A stretch of DNA of 14,973 nucleotides, the filler included, from Acidimicrobiia bacterium (lineage in GTDB: Bacteria; Actinomycetota; Acidimicrobiia; Spongiisociales; JAHEDJ01): NCBI GenBank assembly GCA_029210695.1. It is 2 parts of 2 records of this genome, joined end to end, with 100 filler letters (N's around TTAATTAATTAA, not from the genome) between each part and the next. Parts side by side here need not be neighbours in the genome. Positions count along the whole stretch, not along the records: positions 7,600 to 14,973 come from JARGFH010000099.1; 1 more part is not named here. One strand, written 5' to 3'. The notes under the pieces were generated by a model. That model did not search any database, was not told the origin of the DNA, and was given only the letters and a program-made list of their open reading frames with translations. The position numbers and the translations under genes were made by a program. Each line of letters opens with the position of its first letter. Positions within the stretch are counted from its first letter, which is position 1. Below are positions 8,650 through 14,973 of the stretch, piece by piece.

Positions 8650-9833
8650 ACACTTTCCGCCAGATCCTCCTCGTCGCCTCACGCGACTTCCTGCAACGTG
8701 CCAAGAGCCGCGCCTTCCTGGTGTCGATGGTTGTCATCATCGGGCTCGTTGCCGCGGTCGGGCCACTCATGACAATGGAGATGCGTGATGCGCCAGCCTA
8801 CGAAATCGGCCTGGTCGGAACCCGACCGGGCGGACTCGAAACTGCGCTGTCCGAATCCGCCGGGGCGTTCGACAAGACGGTCGACCTCACCTCATACCTG
8901 AATACCGGTGAGGGCGAAGCCGCCATCGCCGACGATCGCGCCGATGTTCTCATCGTCGACGGCATCGAACTCGTCTGGAACGAGCGACCATCGCTGGAGC
9001 TAGCTTCGATCATCACGGCCGCCGTCCAAGGCATCGACCGCCGGCAAGTTATCGCCGATCTCGGCCTCAGCACCGGCGAAGCCGCCTCACTGCTCAGCCC
9101 GCCACCGCTCGATTCCCGCACGCTCAACGAACCCGACCCGGAGGCAGGGCCGAAACAGGTGGCAGCCTACGCAGGTTCGTTCATCCTCTACATCTCGATC
9201 CTGATGTTCGGACAGTTCGTGATGATGGGAGTGATGGAGGAGAAATCGTCCAGGGTGGTCGAGGTTGTCCTGTCACGGGTCCGACCACATGAGCTGCTGG
9301 CCGGCAAAGTTATGGGTATCGGCGTTCTCGGCCTCGTGCAGCTCATCTTGTTGGGCGGCGCCTCGCTGCTCATGGTGAGCATGTTCGATATCGCCGACGT
9401 GGACCTCGGAGCGCTGAGCATGCGAGTGCTGCTCTGGATCGTCTTCTGGTACTTGCTCGGCTTTGCGTTCTTCAGCGTCGTCTATGCGGCGATCGGAGCA
9501 ACGGTGTCGAGACAGGAAGATGCCCAGAGCGTCGGGATGCTCCCGGTGATGCTGCTCCTCCCCGGCTACTTCGTTTCCCTGGCGGCACTCGAGAACCCGG
9601 ACGGCACATTGGCGACGATCGGGTCGATGGTTCCTCCGCTCTCGCCGCTCGTCATGCCCATTCGCGCCTCGCTGACCGACGTTCCGTCTTGGGAAATGCT
9701 GATCTCCATCGCGCTGGTGGTCGCAGCAACCTACTTGCTGATCCGGCTGGGTGGGCGCGTGTACAGGGGTTCGATACTGAGAATCGGTGCCAAGGTTCCC
9801 CTCCGGGAGGCGTGGAGGTCGGCCGGCCAGTAG
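8646..9833 (+). CDS. ABC-2 type exporter permease (NatB-like)
   Basis: ATGA overlap with the ATPase. One N-terminal TM, an extracytoplasmic domain, GVMEEKSSRVVEVVLS...LLAGK, and multiple C-terminal TMs. Confidence 0.92.
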   Translation: MNTFRQILLVASRDFLQRAKSRAFLVSMVVIIGLVAAVGPLMTMEMRDAPAYEIGLVGTRPGGLETALSESAGAFDKTVDLTSYLNTGEGEAAIADDRADVLIVDGIELVWNERPSLELASIITAAVQGIDRRQVIADLGLSTGEAASLLSPPPLDSRTLNEPDPEAGPKQVAAYAGSFILYISILMFGQFVMMGVMEEKSSRVVEVVLSRVRPHELLAGKVMGIGVLGLVQLILLGGASLLMVSMFDIADVDLGALSMRVLLWIVFWYLLGFAFFSVVYAAIGATVSRQEDAQSVGMLPVMLLLPGYFVSLAALENPDGTLATIGSMVPPLSPLVMPIRASLTDVPSWEMLISIALVVAATYLLIRLGGRVYRGSILRIGAKVPLREAWRSAGQ

Positions 9834-9881
9834 GAGAGCCCGTTCCCTGCCTACCATGGACTGATCACCAGGAGGAACGAC

Positions 9882-10898
9882 GTGATGGCAGGGGTACGAT
9901 CGAGGATCACCGGAGTCGGCGGTTTCGTCCCCCCCAGGGTCGTGACCAACGAGGACCTGGCGCAGTTGATGGATACATCGAACGAGTGGATCGTCGAGCG
10001 CACCGGCATCCATCAACGCCACTGGGTTGATCCCGAGACCACCACATCCGATTTGGCGCTCGAAGCCGCCAACGCTGCGCTTGCGTCGGCCGGAGTCGCC
10101 AACGAGGACGTCGACATGTTGATCGTTGCGACGCTCAGCTCCGACCATTTCTTCCCGGGCACCGCCTGTTTCCTCCAGACGAAGATGGGGATCAGCGAGA
10201 TTCCGGCCCTGGACATCCGCCAGCAGTGCACCGGGTTCGTCTTCGCAGCATCGATCGCCGACCAGTTCATCCGGACCGGCATGTACCGCACGGTGCTGGT
10301 GATCGGTGCAGAGATCCACTCGAAAGGTCTCGATATCAGCGACGAAGGACGAGACGTCACCGTCCTGTTCGGGGACGGCGCAGGCGCCGTCGTCGTGGAA
10401 GCCACGGAGGCCGGAACTTCGAACGATCCGCAGATCTTCTCCACCCATCTGCATGCCGATGGCACCGGCGCCAAGGACCTGTGGGTCCCTTCTCCCGGGA
10501 TGGCCTTTCCGGATGGGCTCGTGACCCACGCCCACCTCGACCGCGGCGACCAGTACCCACAGATGAACGGGAGATCCGTCTACGTGAACGCAGTGAAGCG
10601 GATGTCGGAAGGCATAGGAGAAACCCTGACGGCCAACAAAGTGACGATCGATGACGTCGACCTGTTCTTCTTCCACCAGGCAAACCTGCGGATCAACGAG
10701 GCAGTCGCCCAGCGGCTCGGGATCCCGACCGAAAAGGTCTACAACACGATCCATAAATACGGCAACACCACCGCCGCCACGATTCCACTCGGTATGCGAG
10801 ACGCCGTCGAAGACGGCACGCTCCAACCCGGCATGCTGGTGGCGGTCGCCGCCTTCGGAGGCGGCTTCACCTGGGGTTCGATGCTGCTCCGCTGGTAG
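9882..10898 (+). CDS. fabH: 3-oxoacyl-ACP synthase III (KAS III)
   Basis: DTSNEWI.ERTGI..R, catalytic triad Cys (QQCTGF), His (FHQAN), Asn (YGNTTAA), LFGDGAGA, AFGGGFTWG. SD AGGAGG. The start could be GTG 9882 or ATG 9885. Confidence 0.93.
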   Translation: MMAGVRSRITGVGGFVPPRVVTNEDLAQLMDTSNEWIVERTGIHQRHWVDPETTTSDLALEAANAALASAGVANEDVDMLIVATLSSDHFFPGTACFLQTKMGISEIPALDIRQQCTGFVFAASIADQFIRTGMYRTVLVIGAEIHSKGLDISDEGRDVTVLFGDGAGAVVVEATEAGTSNDPQIFSTHLHADGTGAKDLWVPSPGMAFPDGLVTHAHLDRGDQYPQMNGRSVYVNAVKRMSEGIGETLTANKVTIDDVDLFFFHQANLRINEAVAQRLGIPTEKVYNTIHKYGNTTAATIPLGMRDAVEDGTLQPGMLVAVAAFGGGFTWGSMLLRW

Positions 10899-10901
10899 GC
10901 G

Positions 10902-11645
10902 TCAAACTAGGCCCCCGCCGTGGCGACCGGCGCCCTTCTCAAACCGCTCCGAGCCCTCGGCGGCGAGGTCGAGAACGCCCAGGCCGTGCAGGCGTTCGAT
11001 TTCCAGACCTTCTGCGAGCGGCCGCCCCAGCCCTTCGAGCATCGCCATCCGGTCGGAGCGAACCGTCGGCTGGGGAAACGCCGCAATGGTGGCGGCCAAC
11101 TCGAGCGCCGCCGCCACCGCAGTGCCGTCCGGGACCACCCGGTCGGCCAGTCCGATGCGCAGAGCTTCGCCGGCATCTACCGGCCTACCGGTCAGCACCA
11201 GGTCCATCGCCCGCGACAACCCGACCAGACGCGGCAACCGCTGGGTACCGCCATCCACCAGCGGCACCCCGAAGCGCCGCTCGAAGCACCCGAAGACCGC
11301 CCCCTCCCCCGCGACCCGCAGATCGCACCAGAGGGCCATTTCGAGGCCGCCCGCCACGCAGTATCCCTCGACCGCCGCAATCGTCGGCTTCGAGACGGTC
11401 ATTCTCGTGAACCCGAGGAACCCCTCGGGACGGTCGACGAGGTCGAAGTCTTTGAGGTCGGCGCCGGATGAGAACACACCCCCGGCGCCGGTGAGAATGC
11501 CCAGGCACGCCTCCTCATCGGAGTCGAATCGAAGCCAAGCGTCACCCAGCAACTCGGCCGTCTCCAGGTTGATGGCGTTGCGCCGATCGGGTCGCTCGAT
11601 CGAAATCAGTGCCACGTTTCCTCGTGACTCATAGCGAACCGGCAT
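10902..11645 (-). CDS. Enoyl-CoA hydratase/isomerase (crotonase family)
   Basis: I.RPDRRNAIN, FSSGADLK, KPTIAAVEGYCVAGGLEMALWCDLRVA, ERRFGVPLVDGGTQRLPRLVG. ATG at 11645 follows AGGAGG. Confidence 0.92.
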   Translation of the reverse strand: MPVRYESRGNVALISIERPDRRNAINLETAELLGDAWLRFDSDEEACLGILTGAGGVFSSGADLKDFDLVDRPEGFLGFTRMTVSKPTIAAVEGYCVAGGLEMALWCDLRVAGEGAVFGCFERRFGVPLVDGGTQRLPRLVGLSRAMDLVLTGRPVDAGEALRIGLADRVVPDGTAVAAALELAATIAAFPQPTVRSDRMAMLEGLGRPLAEGLEIERLHGLGVLDLAAEGSERFEKGAGRHGGGLV

Positions 11646-11988
11646 CGAAACCTCCTGTGCCTGCCATCCTGCCACGGTCCCATCCCCACCGACGGAAATC
11701 CCCGGGCATCGATCCGGTGATTTCCTCGTGTCTTCAGGGGGGCTTCGGAGCGCCCCTGAGGTGGGGATGCCAAGCCGCCAGATAGGTGGCATCCACCGAT
11801 AGTGCCGTGCCTGCCATTGGGATACGGTCGACCTTTGACGACTCAACAATCAAACCCACCAAAAACGATTGCCCGCGGATCGCGCCGGCGCGATGCTGTC
11901 TATAGGCCCGTTCAACGGGCGGAAGCAACGAGGTGGGGGCACAGACGTGCCTAGCTCCGCCCGGGGAACCGGTCGGAAGGAGGGCGTG

Positions 11989-12237
11989 ATGACGCTCACA
12001 CGTGAGGCTCCCGTCGAGACCGCGGAAGCGGTCCGGGAGCAACTACCACCGGCCCACGTATCCTCGACGATGAGGAACCTGGCGCTGTTATTGATTGCGG
12101 TTCTAGCCATCACCGCCGGCATCGTTTTGGCGCTCGTGCTGATCGACTCGGAGCCGGCCGAAGTCCACGACTCGTGGATGAACCTGCCCGGTGCGGTCCA
12201 GACGGTGGAGATTCATGACTCCTGGGTGAACGGCTAG
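11989..12237 (+). CDS. Small single-TM protein (82 aa) with duplicated E[VI]HDSW[MV]N motif
   Basis: SD AGGAGG then ATG at 11989, TM helix LALLLIAVLAITAGIVLALVLI. The two motif copies differ largely at synonymous positions. Confidence 0.75.
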   Translation: MTLTREAPVETAEAVREQLPPAHVSSTMRNLALLLIAVLAITAGIVLALVLIDSEPAEVHDSWMNLPGAVQTVEIHDSWVNG

Positions 12238-12251
12238 CCGGCCATCCCACA

Positions 12252-12303
12252 CGTTTTTGCGCGGCAATGTCTCGCCGGACCCGGCATTTGCCGCGCAAAA
12301 ACG
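12252..12303. repeat. Perfect 16-bp inverted repeat (REP-like element)
   Basis: CGTTTTTGCGCGGCAA (12252-12267) and TTGCCGCGCAAAAACG (12288-12303), with a 20-nt spacer containing GCCGG/CCGGC. Confidence 0.8.
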
Positions 12304-12441
12304 GTCGTCGCACGATCCCGACGCCGCGTAGTGTTGATGCGAAGCGAAGGGGGACGTCGTGGATGCGCAACTCCAATCGCTCTGCCACGGCACGCGAATC
12401 AACAAACTTCCGTTGAGCAACCCGACTAGCGGGCGAGGGAC

Positions 12442-13794
12442 ATGATGAGGCCTCCGACCCTCGAACGGCCTCACCGTCCGGCAGTTTCGAGACAGCCTGC
12501 CCGGGTCTGGCCCATCCTGGCATTCTCGGCGATCGTTGTGCTGCTGGCCACCAACGCCCTCGCCTGGTATCTGCTCTTCCAAGACGAGTCACCAACCGAC
12601 CAGCCAACGGCAAGTTCCCTCGCCCCCACGACGACGGTGACCCTTCCGACGATTACAGGCGCACCACTGATCATCGATCCCGGTGATCTCGGGGTGTACG
12701 GGCGGAACGACTTCAGGGGCAACATAGCTCTCACCGGCGAGACCAACGGAGGATTCCGAAACCTCGCGGGCAGCTACTGGGAGCCCGTCCGACCAGGGGG
12801 CTTCTTCGGGGCGGACCCCATCGCGTACGGGCGGTTTCTCTACGTGGTGAGCGCCACCCACGACGTCGTCTACGCCGTCGACCAGACCAGCGGAGTCATT
12901 CGATTCACCATGCAGACCAACGGCCGGATGCAGACCGCACCGGCGGTCGGGCAGTTCACCTATTCGACCGGGCCGGAGGGAACCAGTGAGACGGCCACCC
13001 GCCTCATCGCGGTCAGCGAGGACGGCACCGTGTACTCGCGCAACGCGCTCGGCGGAGGAAGTTCACAACACTGGCAGATGAATCTGGGATCCGACGTGTC
13101 GGCGGCACCACTCATCGCCGACGACAAGATCATCGTGGCGACTGAATCAGGATCTGTCATCGCGGTCGGAGGCGACCACGAGATCGTCTGGCGCTACCCG
13201 GTCCCCAATACCTACGTTTCGCCGTTCTTTCACACCCCGGCCATCTCCGACGGAACTATCTACGCGGCGGACGACAACGGCCGCCTCCATCTGATCTCGC
13301 TGAGCAACGGAGAGCCGATTTGCACCCCAATTGCCACGGGCATGCGCCCCTCGAGTCATCCCGTCGTTGCCGATAATCAGGTGATCATTCCGACGGACGG
13401 GTCCATCCTGGTGATCCCTACCGACCGGTGCAACGCGGCACCTCGCCTGATCGTCGACCAGATCGACTCTCCGCTCTCCCCCGCCTACGCAGACGGAACG
13501 GTCTACGCGGCTGAGAACTCCTTCCTGATGGCCTGGGATCTCGATACCCTGGCTGCGAACGTCTGGGACGGACCATTCACTGCCGGGAGCCGCATCACGA
13601 CCCCTCCGACCGTTGCCGAAGGCGTCGTGTATTTCGGCACACAAGACGGAACGGTCTACGCAGTCGATTCAGAGACCGGCTCTGCCTTGTGGCAGTTCAA
13701 AGTTGGAGATTCCATCTTCGGCGGCCCGGTGGTCACGACGAACGGCATCTTTGTGATCACCGCCGACGAGATCATCTCGATCGCCGGCGGCTGA
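12442..13794 (+). CDS. Membrane-anchored PQQ-like beta-propeller repeat protein (BamB/AfsK-type repeats)
   Basis: N-terminal TM, Thr/Pro-rich linker, and repeats such as VYAVDQTSGVIRF, SAAPLIADDKI, TPPTVAEGVVYFGTQDGTVYAVDSETGSALWQF. Confidence 0.88.
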   Translation: MMRPPTLERPHRPAVSRQPARVWPILAFSAIVVLLATNALAWYLLFQDESPTDQPTASSLAPTTTVTLPTITGAPLIIDPGDLGVYGRNDFRGNIALTGETNGGFRNLAGSYWEPVRPGGFFGADPIAYGRFLYVVSATHDVVYAVDQTSGVIRFTMQTNGRMQTAPAVGQFTYSTGPEGTSETATRLIAVSEDGTVYSRNALGGGSSQHWQMNLGSDVSAAPLIADDKIIVATESGSVIAVGGDHEIVWRYPVPNTYVSPFFHTPAISDGTIYAADDNGRLHLISLSNGEPICTPIATGMRPSSHPVVADNQVIIPTDGSILVIPTDRCNAAPRLIVDQIDSPLSPAYADGTVYAAENSFLMAWDLDTLAANVWDGPFTAGSRITTPPTVAEGVVYFGTQDGTVYAVDSETGSALWQFKVGDSIFGGPVVTTNGIFVITADEIISIAGG

Positions 13795-13864
13795 CCGCAG
13801 ATGGCAACAGGCGACAGTCAAAGGCTTTGGGCAATAGGCGATGGTATCCGACTTGGGAACCGGA

Positions 13865-14500
13865 TCAGTCGACCCGCCTGAACAGGCCGTAGAGGAAATG
13901 CTGTGTACCGCCGGCCGGCGTGGCGTGCAGCTCTTCTTCGAACGTCACCGGATGGAACCGGCCTCCGAGGGCGGCGGCGAGACTCTCGGGGCCGTAGCGT
14001 CGAACCGGTAGCCCGCTGCACATGTACGGTCCCTGCAAACCGAACGTGGCCATAACAACGTGGCCCTGCTCTGCGAGGTTCGACTCCATGGTTCTCATAT
14101 ACCGGTCGCGCTCGTCATCCTCGGTGAGGAAATGGAACACAGCCCGGTCGTGCCAGAGGTCGAATCGTCGGTCGCCGCGGTAGGTGCCCACATCGCCCTC
14201 GATGAGCGTTACGCACTCACGGGCTCCCTGGAGCCTGGCTTCGACGTGCGTCAACGCGGCGCCGGAGATGTCGACTACGGTCACATCGCGGTACCCGCGC
14301 TCGATCAGGGCATCACACAACAGGGAAGATCCGCCGCCGATGTCGACGATGCGCTGGAACGGCTCTACTCCAGACCGTTCGATGCGACCCAGCGAGAGGC
14401 GGGGCATCGGCTGAAACCAGGTGAGCTGGTCGGGATCTCGCTTTCGATGAACGGCATCCCAGTGATCGGGTCCGGCCCCCAGGTGCTGTCGAGATTCCAC
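13865..14500 (-). CDS. Class I SAM-dependent methyltransferase
   Basis: HW..V......LTWFQ, IVDIGGGSS.L.D.L, VTVVDISGAAL, FDLWHDRAVFHFL, ATFG..GP..CSGLPV.RY. Confidence 0.9.
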   Translation of the reverse strand: MESRQHLGAGPDHWDAVHRKRDPDQLTWFQPMPRLSLGRIERSGVEPFQRIVDIGGGSSLLCDALIERGYRDVTVVDISGAALTHVEARLQGARECVTLIEGDVGTYRGDRRFDLWHDRAVFHFLTEDDERDRYMRTMESNLAEQGHVVMATFGLQGPYMCSGLPVRRYGPESLAAALGGRFHPVTFEEELHATPAGGTQHFLYGLFRRVD

Positions 14501-14547
14501 CGGGACATTGTTTCACACCGCTCCGCAGTTGTGGCCCGAAAGGCGCG

Positions 14548-14889
14548 TCAGATTCCGGCGAACGGGCTCGCCTCACCGACCTCGGTGCCGCAGATCTGGC
14601 AGTTCCCGATGCCTTCGACGACCACAGAATCGCAACTCGGACAGCGGAGGCGCTGGCGAAATGCTCGCCCATCCTCGGTTCCGTCGACCTGGTCCATCGC
14701 CCGTATGCGCTCGTCGAGTTGCTCCTTGGTGAACCCGGACTCTTCGAGGAGCGACCACATTGCCTCTACCACCATGACCAGCCGATCGAGTCGATCGTTT
14801 ACATCGTGCAGCTTGGAGGCCGGGCCTTGATTGAAGGAGTTGGCTGATGCCGCCATCCCGGCGGCCCTTCCAGCCTGCCGCGAGCCCAT
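14548..14889 (-). CDS. Hypothetical protein with C-terminal zinc ribbon (CPSC...CQIC)
   Basis: Helical RLDRLVMVVEAMWSLL, D..DGTEDGR, and two CxxC pairs. The frame stays open to the window edge, so the start may lie upstream. Confidence 0.75.
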   Translation of the reverse strand: MGSRQAGRAAGMAASANSFNQGPASKLHDVNDRLDRLVMVVEAMWSLLEESGFTKEQLDERIRAMDQVDGTEDGRAFRQRLRCPSCDSVVVEGIGNCQICGTEVGEASPFAGI

Positions 14890-14973
14890 GACATAACCGG
14901 CGCTTCGGAATTGAGCGGGGTGTAGGGGTTCCCGGTTGATTAGGAGGGCTCTGCCAATCTGATGGTTACTACG

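Noticed and set aside
9273..11634. Long ORFs 9273-10826 (-) and 10651-11634 (+)
   Set aside because: They are antisense or alternate-frame shadows of the permease, fabH and crotonase, as is typical of high-GC DNA.
7765..11645. ABC exporter + fabH + crotonase as a biosynthetic cluster
   Set aside because: No ACP, PKS or tailoring genes are present. fabH appears to have its own -10-like TACCAT (9852-9857), and the crotonase is convergent.

Overview
Two unrelated segments of a high-GC genome (most likely Actinomycetota; inferred from gene content) are joined by an artificial N44-TTAATTAATTAA-N44 contig linker at 7500-7599. Left segment (1-7499): one end of an integrative conjugative element inserted at an initiator tRNA-Met gene. 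The displaced 3' tRNA half (att site) is at 21-70. It is followed by a tightly coupled minus-strand operon encoding a UvrD-like SF1 helicase, a DarT DNA ADP-ribosyltransferase and a DarT1-associated NADAR antitoxin. This is a helicase-linked DarTG1-type defence module and the best candidate for an undescribed system. A divergent control region (tandem operator-like repeats, an RBS-sequestering hairpin) leads into a sigma-70-like regulator and a Tn916/pCW3 Tcp-type conjugation operon (TcpC, small membrane protein, TcpE-like, VirB4-like, the last cut by the gap). Right segment (7600-14973) looks like core chromosome: ABC exporter ATPase and permease, fabH, enoyl-CoA hydratase, a small membrane protein with a duplicated E[VI]HDSW[MV]N motif, a REP-like inverted repeat, a membrane-anchored PQQ-like beta-propeller, a SAM methyltransferase and a zinc-ribbon protein. 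Family calls come from motif recognition by eye; no searches were run.
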